A stretch of DNA of 64,000 nt, taken from assembly GCA_965240325.2 (NCBI GenBank), contig OZ251222.1:3162001-3226000 (forward strand), in the 5' to 3' direction. The DNA is from Rebecca billardiae RCC1528. Taxonomy: Eukaryota; Protista; Haptophyta. Shown here in pieces: positions 31,908 to 42,961 of the stretch. The translations under genes were made by a program, and so were the position numbers. Each line of letters opens with the position of its first letter. Position 1 is the stretch's first letter. Below the pieces are notes generated by a model. That model was not told the origin of the DNA. It saw only the letters and a list, made by a program, of their open reading frames with translations, and searched no databases.

Positions 31908-32365
31908 AGCCGCATCACCCAGCGCAGCTTCGCCCGCGACGACGGCTTCGCCTGGCTACCACTGCTCATCAGCCGCGTGCTCGGCGGGCTCGGCGGGCGT
32001 CGTTCGGCCGAGCACGGCTGCCAGCGCAGCACGCGTAAGTAAGAGGCCGTGGAGCCTGGAGCGCCCCGACTGTGACGCGGATGGCGGAGGCGCTGGGCTT
32101 TGCGGGAATTGGGCTCGGGCTGCCATGAGCCGCCACGGGCTCGGGGCTGTACCGTCTGCGCAGATCGCGCTCGGCTCGGCCGCAGCCCTCCTGAGCGCGC
32201 GCCTCAGAGCTGAGACTGATCACGGGCCGAGGCGCACGAGCGACACTGCCATGCGGCTCGGTGTCGCCAGCCGCGCCCGCTGCGTGTGAGGCTCGAGGCG
32301 CGGCGCTCGCACGGGCTCAACGCGGGCGCAGCGGGTGCGCGCAGCTGGCGCACGCAGCCACGCGC
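31908..32365 (-). repeat. Right arm of the long inverted repeat (partner 19585-19967), carrying many small insertions
   Basis: Reverse-complement alignment by eye. Confidence 0.8.
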
Positions 32366-32787
32366 GGAACTAGCTAGGGCCGTGCGCCCTCAACTTCGTT
32401 GTTTACTACCCGAAGATCGGCGTAGCCGATCATGTTATTACGTCGTCGACGTTACGTCGTTACGAGGCCCGCCTGGCGGATGCCCGGATGGGATTGGGCG
32501 GATGGATCACTATTCACTCGGCGGATGTGCATCATGAGTAGCGGAATGTCCCCGCCGGGGCGGGGGCTAGACTAGTGGCCAACACGGGAAGCGGGCAGTC
32601 CCGGCGGCCCGCCCGCGGCGGCCGGCTCAATGCTGTCACTCACACGGACGGTGACACTCACAGTCACACTACGTCACGCGGCAGTCGCGGCACGCCACGC
32701 CCGCGGCCGTCCACGTCCGTCCTGCGTCCACTCGGCAGGCCCGCACAGCCCACACGATCACTGCAGACTGCTCGCCGTCGCTGATGA

Positions 32788-33699
32788 TCAGAGGCGAGCA
32801 CGAGGTCGAGACGCGGTGGAGGATGATGGCGTAGACGGCGAACCGACTTGCCCCGCATCGCTCTCAGACTGCTGCGAGGACCAAAACCGCGCCTGCAGCC
32901 GCTGCATCACCTGCACCCAGCGGTCAGGCTCGGCCGTCATGCGCTCCACGTACGAGGAGACCGACGGGTGCGGCAGGATGAGGAAGCGGCCGGAGCGCAT
33001 GCCTTCGAGGATGGCGTCGGCCACTTCTTCGGCGCTGAGCACGCCATCCGCGCCGGCCAGCGCGGACGCGGCGTGCAGCTGCCGGCTGGGGTCGGCGTTC
33101 GCCGTCATTCCGGTGCGCACCGCCTGCGGGCACACGCAGTGCGTGCTGATCCGACCGGCCGACTCACCGCCGTGAGACACGGCCAGCCAGCGGGCGACTG
33201 CCACTGCGGCCGCTTTCGAGACAGCGTATGGCAGCGCGCCGTGCTGCGTGAGCAGGCCCGCAGCCGAGGCGACGATCACGATGGAGCCGCCGCCCCGTTT
33301 CGCCATGCGCGGCACGAGGGCGCGAGCTGCCCACACAGGCTGCAAAGTGTTCACGCGCAGGGCGCGATCCCACGCCACAGCGTCCGCCTCGAGGCCGCCG
33401 ACGACGAGTATGCCTGCGTTCGCCACAAAGAGCTCCACGCCCGCGCGACCAATGCCGCGAGCCCAGGCCTCCGCCTGCTCGACGGCACCGAGCACGCTCG
33501 CCTCCAAGCCTGCATCGAAGGCGATTGCGAGCGTGTGTGGGGCGCCCTGAGTTTGACACGAAGCCGCAGTGGCGTCCGCCGAGCCAGCACTAAGGTCTGC
33601 GCACACTATGGGCCACCCACGCCTCGCAAGGGCGAGGCAGAGCGCCTTGCCGATGCCCGAGCCCCCACCCGTCACTAGTGCGACGCCGCTGACCGCCAT
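32788..33699 (-). CDS. Short-chain dehydrogenase/reductase
   Basis: VALVTGGGSGIG, ANAG, VASAAG, YAVSK (YxxxK), CPQAVRT. Confidence 0.92.
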   Translation of the reverse strand: MAVSGVALVTGGGSGIGKALCLALARRGWPIVCADLSAGSADATAASCQTQGAPHTLAIAFDAGLEASVLGAVEQAEAWARGIGRAGVELFVANAGILVVGGLEADAVAWDRALRVNTLQPVWAARALVPRMAKRGGGSIVIVASAAGLLTQHGALPYAVSKAAAVAVARWLAVSHGGESAGRISTHCVCPQAVRTGMTANADPSRQLHAASALAGADGVLSAEEVADAILEGMRSGRFLILPHPSVSSYVERMTAEPDRWVQVMQRLQARFWSSQQSESDAGQVGSPSTPSSSTASRPRARL

Positions 33700-33802
33700 C
33701 GCCGGCGGAGGATTGCGTTTCCGGAAGTCCGGATGACCCGGACACCCTGCACCGCCAATCCGCCATCGTTGTTCGACCTGTTTGCAGTTTGAGCGAGCTC
33801 GA

Positions 33803-35677
33803 ATGGGCGTCATCATGAGCGCGCGCGTCATGGCGGTGATCGGCATCGTGCTTGGCGCGTCGTCGGCGCTCGCCGCGCACCGTGCCGATGGGCGTGCGCG
33901 CGTGCGCCCATTAGCGCGCACCCGCTCGTACTCGGCCAGGCGACCGCGCTCCTCGGTCGTCGCGGCAGCGCAGCCGTCGCTATCGTACACGCCGTCAGAG
34001 AGCGAGAGGGCAGCGAGCGACGTGATCGACGTGCTCTTCGGCCGCGAGAACTCGAAGCGCGCATTCAACCGACAGCGCATGTCCATGAACGAGATCGAGA
34101 CCAGCCATCACGACGAGATCGACAACCGGCTGACGTACGGTGAGTTTGATCTCAACTTCTTCTTCTCGCTCGTGCGCGCGGCCGAGCCCAAGCCGGGCGA
34201 GGTGTTCTGCGACCTGGGCTCGGGGTGCGGCCGCCTGGTGCTCGCCGCCGCGCTCGCCGACTACGAGTGGAGCTGCGCCGTCGGCGTCGAGCTGCTCGAG
34301 GACCTCGACCGCCTCGCGCGCGGCGCCCACGAGACGCTCGTGCCACTCGCCGCCGGCGCGGACGACCTGACGCTCTCGCCGTGCGAGTTTGTGCACGGCG
34401 ACGCGGAGGAGGAGCTGCTGCGGCTGGCGAAGGGCGGGTTGGGCGGGGGCGCCGTCGAGCCGGACACGCCGTGGGTGCTCTTCTCGTACACCACGTGCAT
34501 GCCCTCGGTCGGGCCGTACCTGTGCCAGCTGAGCGCCATCCTCGGGCGCGCGCTGCCGCTCGGCTCGCGCGTGATCACGACGGACAAGCAGCTCGTCTCG
34601 GACGAGGAGGGCGCGCGCTGGACGTTCCGGGAGCTGTACGTGGACGAGGCGCCGAACTACAACACGATGACCTCGCACGGGTACGTGTACGAGCTCGTCG
34701 CCAAGGACCTGGCGAAGATCGAGGCGGCGGACCGCGGCGACGCGGCGGGGACGGTCAGCGGCGGCGGCGGTGCGGTGCCCGCCAACCCGGGTCGGATGCT
34801 CACGCGGCGCGCGATGGCGGGGATCGCGGGGATTGGCGCGCCGCTCCTGCTCGCGCGCCGCGTGGGCGCGGCCGAGCCGGCGGTGGCCGACGCCCCCGCG
34901 CAGCCCTCGGCGCCAGCCGCCGCCGCCGGCCGCGACGGCGTGCGCTCGGTGGAGGTGGCCTTCAAGGAGAAGGCGCTCGGCTTTGCCCTTGCCGACAAGC
35001 CGGACGACGCGGGCGCGCCGTGCGTGACCGTCACGCGCGTGGAGCCCGGCACCGAGGCGGACGCGAGCCCCGTGCCGGTCGGCGCGCGGCTGCGCGCTCT
35101 GGGCGGGCGCGAGCTGCCCGCAGGCACGCGCGCGGCCGACGTGCGCCGGCTGCTGGCCGATGCGCCGCGGCCGGTCACGCTGCGCTTCGAGGTGGCGGAA
35201 CGCTCCGCGGTCGTGCTCGAGCGCGCCGCCAAGACTGTCGGCGTCGAGACGGAGCGCTTCAAGATCGACCGCCTCACCGAGCCGCCCGCGTCGTGCGCCA
35301 CGCGCTCGAGGCGCGGTGACACCGTCGAGATCCACTACGAGGCGCGCATCGCCGACTCGGGCCGCGTCTTCGACTCGTCGTACGAGCGCGGCATCGGCGG
35401 GCCGTTTGCGCTGCAGCTGGGCAACGGCGACGTGCCAAAGGCGCTCGAGCTCGGCATCTTCGAGATGTGCGTCGGCGAGGCGCGGCGCATCGTCGCGCCG
35501 CCGCGGCTTGCGTACGGCGTGGGCGGGAACCGCGCGCTCGGCGTGCCGGCCAACGCGACGATCCAGTGGGACGTCTCGATGGAGAGCATCAACTTCCAGA
35601 CGGACCCGGCGGTGCGGCGCGAGGACACGGGAATGGCGTTCGTGCCGTGGTCGCCGACGGAGCCGCTCGGCGAGTGA
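33803..35677 (+). CDS. Fusion: signal/transit peptide - DOT1-like SAM methyltransferase - Tat-like signal - PDZ-like - FKBP PPIase
   Basis: LTYGEF..FCDLGSGCGRLVLAAA..GVELL (methyltransferase). KALGFAL..VTRVEPG..RPVTLRF (PDZ). GDTVEIHY..FDSSYER..LGNGDVPKALELGIFEMCVGEARRIVAPPRLAYG (FKBP). Confidence 0.82.
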   Translation: MGVIMSARVMAVIGIVLGASSALAAHRADGRARVRPLARTRSYSARRPRSSVVAAAQPSLSYTPSESERAASDVIDVLFGRENSKRAFNRQRMSMNEIETSHHDEIDNRLTYGEFDLNFFFSLVRAAEPKPGEVFCDLGSGCGRLVLAAALADYEWSCAVGVELLEDLDRLARGAHETLVPLAAGADDLTLSPCEFVHGDAEEELLRLAKGGLGGGAVEPDTPWVLFSYTTCMPSVGPYLCQLSAILGRALPLGSRVITTDKQLVSDEEGARWTFRELYVDEAPNYNTMTSHGYVYELVAKDLAKIEAADRGDAAGTVSGGGGAVPANPGRMLTRRAMAGIAGIGAPLLLARRVGAAEPAVADAPAQPSAPAAAAGRDGVRSVEVAFKEKALGFALADKPDDAGAPCVTVTRVEPGTEADASPVPVGARLRALGGRELPAGTRAADVRRLLADAPRPVTLRFEVAERSAVVLERAAKTVGVETERFKIDRLTEPPASCATRSRRGDTVEIHYEARIADSGRVFDSSYERGIGGPFALQLGNGDVPKALELGIFEMCVGEARRIVAPPRLAYGVGGNRALGVPANATIQWDVSMESINFQTDPAVRREDTGMAFVPWSPTEPLGE

Positions 35678-36217
35678 GGCTGCCTGGGCCTGGGGCCCCA
35701 TGATGCCCGGGCGGTACGTGCGCGAAGGGCACGTGCCGAGACTCGTGACGCCTGCCTGGTGCGGGCGTCGATCCAGCGAATGGTGTCACTAGTTAGGCTC
35801 CCGGAGCCCGCACATTCCTTCATAGTAGACTAGTAGAGCGTCACGTGACGCAAGGGCGATAACTATGGCGTGACGATTCACCCGACTGACTGCGTAGCAG
35901 CAGTGGTTCCGGACCTCAGCGCCGGACTTTTTGAGCGCCATGACGCCATCGCTCCGACGCCACTGCGCGAGCGCAAAAGCCCACACTCCGGCCTGACTAC
36001 GGCGCTTCGTGACAACGGTCTGCCCTGCTGCGAACACCGACTTCGAACGAACCGCGTGTGCGTGCCGCGCCGCGTTCGGGCCCCGTCGCAGCGCGCGGGC
36101 GCGCGGGCGCGGTGCGCTGGGCGGCGGCGCTGGGCGGCGCGCGCGTCTGGGTCGTTGCCCCATGCCTGCTCACCCCCTCCCCGCCTCCGCGCTGCGCTGC
36201 TGCGGATTGTGCAGGAG

Positions 36218-36980
36218 ATGGCACCAAAGACGACGACCGCTGCGGCGAAGCCGACCGGCCCCAAGTACTCTGATCTCGTGAAGGAGGTGCGTCTAGCGCG
36301 GCGTACTCGGGGCGCGCGACGGTCGCCGCACCGTTCCACCTCTGCCCGCACGTCTGCTCACGCGCCGGCCCCGCGTGCCATTGCGCGCGCGAACGCGCGC
36401 AGGCGCTGCTTGCGCTCAAGGAGCGCAACGGCTCCTCGCTGCACGCGATCAAGAAGTGGCTCGCGACGAACCACCCAGCGGCGACGAACGCGACCGCGCT
36501 CAAGATGGCGCTCAAGGCGGGGACTGCCAAGGGCACGCTGCTCAAGGTCAAGGCCTCGTACAAGCTGTCGGCTGAGGCGAAGAAGCCGGTCAAGGCGAAG
36601 AAGCCCGTGAAGAAGGCGACCAAGCCGAAGAAGAAGACGACGAAGAAGCGCGCGCCGAAGAAGGCGGCCGAGGGCGCTGAGGGCGCCGAGGGCGAGAAGC
36701 CCAAGGCCAAGCCCAAGGCCAAGAAGACGACGAAGAAGAAGGTGGGATCTTGCGCGCGCGCGCACGACCCCAGCGATCTCTTTCTCACGCCTGTGCGGCG
36801 CGTACCGCGATCCTCCGGTTCGCGCGCGCGCAGGCGACGACGAAGAAGCCGGCGACGAAGAAGCCCGCGGCGAAGAAGCCGGCGGCCAAGAAGACCGCGA
36901 AGCCCGCGGCCAAGAAGACGGCCGCCAAGAAGAAGCCCGCGGCCAAGCCGAAGAAGGCGATCGCGAAGAAGACCAAGTAA
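36218..36980 (+). CDS. Linker histone H1; exons 36218-36286, 36403-36741, 36834-36980 (184 aa)
   Basis: PKYSDLVKE|ALLALKERNGSSLHAIKKW..LLKVKASYKL globular domain plus Lys/Ala/Pro-rich tail; two GT-AG introns in phase 0. Confidence 0.93.
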
Positions 36981-37328
36981 ACTCGTGGTCTTCCGAGCGG
37001 CCGCGTTCTCGCGTGCTTGCCAGCGCTCTGCTGTTTGAGGCTCTACGCCTCCAGAGCTCCCAACCCTCGGTGTCTTTCGACACCCTTTCAATTCTCTCGA
37101 TCAGCGACGCTCGCGCGACTCGCGCCCGTGGCAGGCCGCGACCGCACCGGGCGCACGGCCGACCTGGCGGCGGCGCGGCGCGCGCTGCGCGCGCGCCGCC
37201 CGACAAACAAGTTCCGGTCCCGCGCCTTTGTTTGCGCGCTGCGCGCGCCCTTGCGCGCCACAACCGGCCTGACGCATCGCGCCCACCTGGTAGCCCCTCC
37301 TCCTGAATCTATATGCATGTATATATAT

Positions 37329-37396
37329 GACCGCGTTCCGCGGTCCCGTTTTCTGCATAGAATCCGAACGCAGTTGGGGGCCCGCGGTGGCCGTGC
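37329..37396 (-). repeat. Hairpin-terminated repeat end next to a TA run; homologous to 808-865 (+)
   Basis: The reverse complement reads CACCGCGGGCCCCCAACTGCGTT..TTCTA..GGACCGCGGAACGCGGTCATAT, which is also present at 809-865. Confidence 0.8.
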
Positions 37397-37602
37397 AATC
37401 GCGGCTCTCCGCCGTAGTTGCAGTTCGCCAGTTGAAGTCGGTTCTGAGATGACTGAATATAAGCTATTACTAGTCCGACCGTCGCCCTGCCTGCGCGACC
37501 GCGAGACTCATTCACACTTCACACAATCACAGCAGCGGACCTGAGACCGCACCCGGCACCGGTCGTCAAATCGGACGTCCGTCTGACAACTAGCTGCCAA
37601 AT

Positions 37603-37736
37603 GTCCAACTGGCTGATCAGCTCGGATCCGACCCGTCCGCGATCGTGCCATCGGCATCGGAATTACTACTAGTAGCTGCCAAACTGTGTCCAACTCTGGC
37701 TGATCAGCTCGGATCCGACCCGTCCGCGATCGTGCC
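37603..37736 (+). repeat. Short direct duplication of ~45 bp
   Basis: CTGGCTGATCAGCTCGGATCCGACCCGTCCGCGATCGTGCC occurs twice. Confidence 0.85.
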
Positions 37737-39183
37737 GAGTGAGTCGTGCCGCGGAGCTCGGAGTACTGAAGGAGTCGGGTGTGACAGCAGGGTGCTTTAG
37801 CGCTGCGGCCCGTGCCAGCCAACGACCAGACGTACTCTGGCCACTTGACCCGTTGCACGGGTGAGTGACCGTACGCCCTGCCTAGTGCCTACCGCGCGCG
37901 CCGCGCGACCGGCGACTCGGGGTGATGGAGAGCGGATGGCGACAGCAGCAGCAGTCCTCATGAAGACGATGAAACTGGCGGCACGGGTGCACGAGGTGGC
38001 AGGCGAAAGCGCGCCGACGAGACCGCATTTGACACACCTGAGCCGCACGCGCGTGCCGTCGCCGAGCCGGCGAGCGCTGCAAACGCGCAACCGTACCGCG
38101 CGCGCCACGACGGCGCGGCACTAGCTGATGCAGGCCGTACTGCCGGCACTGCTTCTGCGATCATGCGCCACGGTCGCAGCTGACTGCGTGAGCAGCAAGC
38201 GGGAGGCGGGTCCGGAGGCACGTGCAGGCGCCGTCCCGCATATCCGCCATCGCCCATCGTGCCGGGGCACGTCACCTCCGACGATCCGGATGTGGCCCAG
38301 TCCGGACGTCACGCGATCCGGGAAGACGAGTACGATTCGCTCGTAACGAACCGTTACACTAATGTCACGGCCAGGCTCACGTCCCGTCCATCGATTACTT
38401 ATGGAATCAGCTGGGCGCGCTCTTTTTCGGCCTAATAGACCTCTCTATGCGATCTCAAAAACTCGAAACTCGGTCTCCGCCAGCCCTAAAAATCGCCCCC
38501 CGTCCCTTTTTTTCCGCCGCCCCCCGTCCCTTTTTTCTTGACGATCAAAGATCTTTTTGAAACGTGGTTCGGGCCCGCTGGTGCGGGCTCCACGCTGCGC
38601 GCTCCGCCCTGCACCGCGGGCCATGACGAATGGTGATCCGACTTACGCCATTGACCGGCGGTGCGGGCCTAACCGTCACGGGTCGGACGGATCGGGATTC
38701 CCCAGCGGCCTGGCCAGCCGGCAGCAGGAGGCAGGAGGCGGCCTCAGCAGGGACGAGGGTCACTCAGTCTGGCAGGGTCAGGGTCCGACTGGTCCGAGGG
38801 AGGAGCGGGTAACACGACCGAAATAACAGCGGAGCCTGCCGTCATATGACACTTGACAGACATGACTATACACAGTCACACTCGTCCCGGGGCCGGGACC
38901 GCGAGTCCGAGAGTCACCCAGTCTCGGCGAGTTGGCGCAGTTGCCGCGACTCGGGCCGACCGTGCAGGGCGTGCCCGTCTCCGTCTCTCTCTAGTAGTAG
39001 GAGCGCCCGTCCTCACACTCCGAGTCCGATGGGCCGATCCGCCCGATGGCCACAGGCCAGCGTGGGCTCCGGGTGCCCGCGGCCGCGGCCGCGACCGTAA
39101 CTCGCTACTACGCGGACTCTGCCGCGTCAGCGGACCGTGCAGGTGCGCGCTGCGGCTGCGCCGGACGGCGCTGCGCCGCTGCC

Positions 39184-40272
39184 TCACACATCGAAGCGAA
39201 AGCCGGCGCAGATGTGCGTGGGCCACTCGTCGCGCGGGTAGCGCTCGAGGAAGGAGCCGAGCTGCGTGGCATCAGGCGCAAACGCCTCCCCCTGCGGCAC
39301 GCCCAGCTCGGCCGCGTGTACGCCGGCGGTGATCAGCACGGCGTCCAGGCCCGCGCGCCGCGCGCCGCGGATGTCGTGCTCCATGGAGTCGCCGACGGCG
39401 ACAATGCGCTCGCGGGGGATGCCGTCCTCTGCGAGCCAGCGCGTCGCCTCGTCGTACACGCGTGCGTGTGGCTTGCCCACGTACCGCACGCTGCCGCCGC
39501 GCTTCTCGTACTCCAAGCCCAGGATGCCCGGCATCGGCGAGTCCTTGCCGTCTGGCCGGACGAGGTCGGGGTTCGCGACGATCATGGGGAGGCCACGCGC
39601 GAGCGCGGCGTCGAGCAGCGGCCCGGCGTGCGTCGTCGCGTCGTACGCCTCTGCTCCTTCCTCGCCCGCGCGCGTGCGCACCTCGAAGAGGCCGCGCGCG
39701 AGCACAAAGTCGGCGTCCTCCACGCACGCCGGCTGGCAGCCCATCGTCGCGGTGTACTCGTCGTCGTCGTCGCCGTTGCCGTATACGAGGCAACGCGGGC
39801 CGGGTACATCAAACAGCTCATCCGACGCCGGTGCGGACGGGTTGCGCAGCCGCTCGCGCACGCCGTTCCACACGAGATCGCCCGACGTCACCACCGCGAT
39901 GAGTGGAATGCCATCCGCCACAGACGCTCGGTCGAGCCACGTGCACATGCCGAGGCCAAGGGCGTGCAGCCGGTTCACCGTCTCTAGGCGGCGTTTCGAT
40001 GAATTTGAAAGGACGACCACGCGCTTGCGCTGCCCCTTCTGCAGCTCGCAAATGGCTGCCGTCGCGCCGCCGTACGCACGCTTGCCGTCGTGGAGAACGC
40101 CAAACTGGTCGAGCAGCAGCGCATCGTATGCGCCGAGGGCGTCCGCAAGCGGCACGACGGGAGGAGGGACGACTGATGATAGCAAGACGCGCGCGCGCGC
40201 GTGCGGCGACAGACCACCGCGCGCGCCACTCGCCGCGGCCGCAGCCGCCGCGAGCGCGATCATCAGCGCCAT
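39184..40272 (-). CDS. HAD-superfamily subfamily IIA hydrolase, probably plastid-targeted
   Basis: YDALLLDQFGVLHDG, LSNSS, ANPD, YVGKP, VGDSMEHDI; N-terminal MALMIALAAAA signal peptide. Confidence 0.9.
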   Translation of the reverse strand: MALMIALAAAAAAASGARGGLSPHARARVLLSSVVPPPVVPLADALGAYDALLLDQFGVLHDGKRAYGGATAAICELQKGQRKRVVVLSNSSKRRLETVNRLHALGLGMCTWLDRASVADGIPLIAVVTSGDLVWNGVRERLRNPSAPASDELFDVPGPRCLVYGNGDDDDEYTATMGCQPACVEDADFVLARGLFEVRTRAGEEGAEAYDATTHAGPLLDAALARGLPMIVANPDLVRPDGKDSPMPGILGLEYEKRGGSVRYVGKPHARVYDEATRWLAEDGIPRERIVAVGDSMEHDIRGARRAGLDAVLITAGVHAAELGVPQGEAFAPDATQLGSFLERYPRDEWPTHICAGFRFDV

Positions 40273-40709
40273 CCTCAGATTCGGTGATTCGTCGCGCGTT
40301 TTATTATTAATAGCTGCTGCGACGATTTCCTGATTTTCTCTTTTTAAAAAAAGAGGGCGCATGTCGTCTTCTCGGACGTTCGTCTGTCGCAACCGTTGGC
40401 AAAGCTTCGCGCCTTCCGCGGCTCGCTTCAACCCAAAACCGTGAACTCCTTCAACCAATGTGCGAGGAACGCCTTCTCTAAATCATTGCGGGCGTTTAAT
40501 ATGAGGGTCGTGCGGACTTAAGAACTACGCTTGGGTAGATCAGCTAGATCGAAACCTGCTCACATAGGGCGTGCCTCGGAGGTTTCGCTAGATCGGCAAG
40601 ATCGCAGTTACGCGGGTCACAAATCGGGCGGAAGGTTGCGTCATTTCCGGAAGGCGGCTGGATCTTCCGCAACCTGCCGACCCGTTCCTTCGTCACGACG
40701 TCATCGAAA

Positions 40710-41399
40710 ATGGACTTCGCCCCCGTCGCGGAGGCGCCGGCTTCCGAGCCGTCCATCACCATCCAAACACCACCGCTTACGCCTGCGCCAGCGCCAGCGG
40801 CGGAGCCACCGTGCATCATGTACCAGAGCTCGCTCTCACTGCCGCGCGCATTTCGCGATTCGAACTGCATGGCGTTCCCACCGACGAAGCGTGCAAGAAA
40901 AGTCGAGCCGGACATGTCCACGCCGCCACCGCCGCGGGACTCGGCCCACGAGCAACTCGTCGACAGGATAGCTCGGCTGACCGGGCTACCGCGATCGATC
41001 ATCGAGGTCCAGGCGCCTGACCCTCTCGGCCTGCCCCCGCGCGCGGGCATGCCCCCGAGGTATCGCATCCGCATCCGGTGCACAGCGATGCTCCAGCCAA
41101 ACGCAGAATGGCAGCAGCACCAGGCGTGGCTTGCGCGTCAGGCGGAGCTTGCTGGTGAGGTGGAGACATCTCTTCCTGTGCTGGGCGGTTGCCTGCGCCA
41201 AACCCCATCTTCGGGCGTCAAGGGCTTTCGCCCTCGCGTGACATTTGTGTGTATGCCGACCCTTGTGCTCTCGCAGCTGCGCTGGCCGAACGACTCGGAC
41301 TCCGGCGTGGCGCCGAGCACGTTAGCGGATGCGGATTACGACTGCCGACGGGATTGCGTGCCGGCAACGCAGCGTGCGGGTTACGAATGCGTCTGCTGA
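40710..41399 (+). CDS. Hypothetical protein
   Basis: 229-aa ATG-initiated ORF following an AT-richer promoter-like region and ending before an AT-rich tract; no family recognised. Confidence 0.5.
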   Translation: MDFAPVAEAPASEPSITIQTPPLTPAPAPAAEPPCIMYQSSLSLPRAFRDSNCMAFPPTKRARKVEPDMSTPPPPRDSAHEQLVDRIARLTGLPRSIIEVQAPDPLGLPPRAGMPPRYRIRIRCTAMLQPNAEWQQHQAWLARQAELAGEVETSLPVLGGCLRQTPSSGVKGFRPRVTFVCMPTLVLSQLRWPNDSDSGVAPSTLADADYDCRRDCVPATQRAGYECVC

Positions 41400-42047
41400 C
41401 CTGCTGAGGTGCCGCTTGCAAGCTGAATTCATTTGGTTTTGAAAAGAAGCAGTACTACTGAATATTAGTTTGTTTTTAAAAATTTATTTTAAATATAATA
41501 TATATATATATATTCTATGAGGGGGGGGACGACGGCGAGGAGCGCTGATCCTGGTGTTTGTCTCTGCTGCTCGATCTGCTGCTACAGCTTGCTGACTCTG
41601 ACGCCTGCCCGTTGCATACCACGTCGTTAATATATTATATATATATTCTAATAATTCAATTGCTAAATATATGACTATTTTATTTCTATTAAATTATAAT
41701 AACTAATCCCCGGCCTGAGCGGTGAGCCGCGCGGGGCGCGAGCGCGCCCGGGTGCTGTCGCTGGGCGCCCGGGCCGAGGTCGGAGGCTCGACCGGAGAGC
41801 GAGGGCACTTCGTCATCATCTGGTGCTGATGCGTCCGAGCGGAGTCGAAGTGCAACCTCGGCCCTGCCCCCGCCCGCCAACTCCGTAGAACTCGTCCCTC
41901 TCGGCATGGCGCGTGCGAGTGACATGGCAGGCAGCGAACCGTCGAGCTCAGGACGCGTGCGTCCTTGCGCAATGTCCACGACCACCAAGAGCTGCCACTC
42001 GCTGTGCGGCCGAGGACACGTGGGCGAGTGGGCCAAGCAGCGGTCGC

Positions 42048-42850
42048 TCACGCCTCGGCTGCGGCGGTGTCCGCAAAGTACTCGCCTGCACCCACCACAG
42101 AGTTGGGTATGGTGCGCTCACCGGGCGACCAGCCCGCGGGGCAGAGCTCTTCGGGGTGCGACTGCACGTACTGAATGGCTCGTAGGATGCGCAGGACCTC
42201 GTCCGGATTCCGGCCGAACGAGAGGTCATTCACCGCCATGTGCTGCACAACGCCTTCTGGGTCGATGATGAAGAGGCCGCGCAGGGAGACGCCCTCCTCC
42301 TCGATCAGCATCCCGTACGCGCGGGAGATCTCCTTCTTGAGATCTGAGACGAGTGGGAAGTGCACCTCGCCGACGCCGCCATTCCTACGCTCGGTCTGCG
42401 TCCAGGCGAGGTGCGTGTACTTTGAGTCCACAGAGATGGCAAGCAGCTGCGTGTTGAGCGCGCGAAACTGATCTTGCCTGTCGCTGAACATTGTGATCTC
42501 GGTGGGGCACACGAAGGTGAAGTCGAGGGGGTAGAAGAGGAGGATGACGTACTGGCCGCGCGTTCGCGCATAGTCGGACAGCCGGACCTGCGCCGACGCG
42601 GCGCGCTGGCGCTCTTCAGCACGCCGCCGTGTCGCGCTTCGCGCGTGCAATTAGCGCGCACCTCCATAAACTCCTGGTCATACACGGCGTCTGCCTCGAA
42701 GTCGGGCGCTTGCCGCCCGACGAGAACCTGTGCGGACATGCGCGTGGCCGCCAGACCCGGCGCACGCCCTACCGCTCGGGCGGGCTGCACGTGCAGCGGC
42801 ATGTGCACGTGCGCCACGCTCGCGAGGAGGCACCACGCGTAGGCCGCCAT
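42048..42850 (-). CDS. Plastid-type 2-Cys peroxiredoxin; intron 42588-42661
   Basis: APDFEADAVYDQEFME|VRLSDY..FYPLDFTFVCPTEI..GRNPDEVLR..LCPAGW; signal plus transit peptide. Confidence 0.93.
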
Positions 42851-42961
42851 CGCCCCAGGCGTGCGGCCGGGGGAGCGAGCCCGCACGCAACTTGCACGAC
42901 CGCGCAATTCGCCGGTCACCCGGTCGGCAGCATGGCGCGGCGCCATGACAGCCGTCGGACG

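Noticed and set aside
36287-36833. Introns as a possible introner family
   Set aside because: The introns share only GTGCG donors and GCGCAG acceptors; I saw no internal similarity, terminal repeats or target-site duplications.
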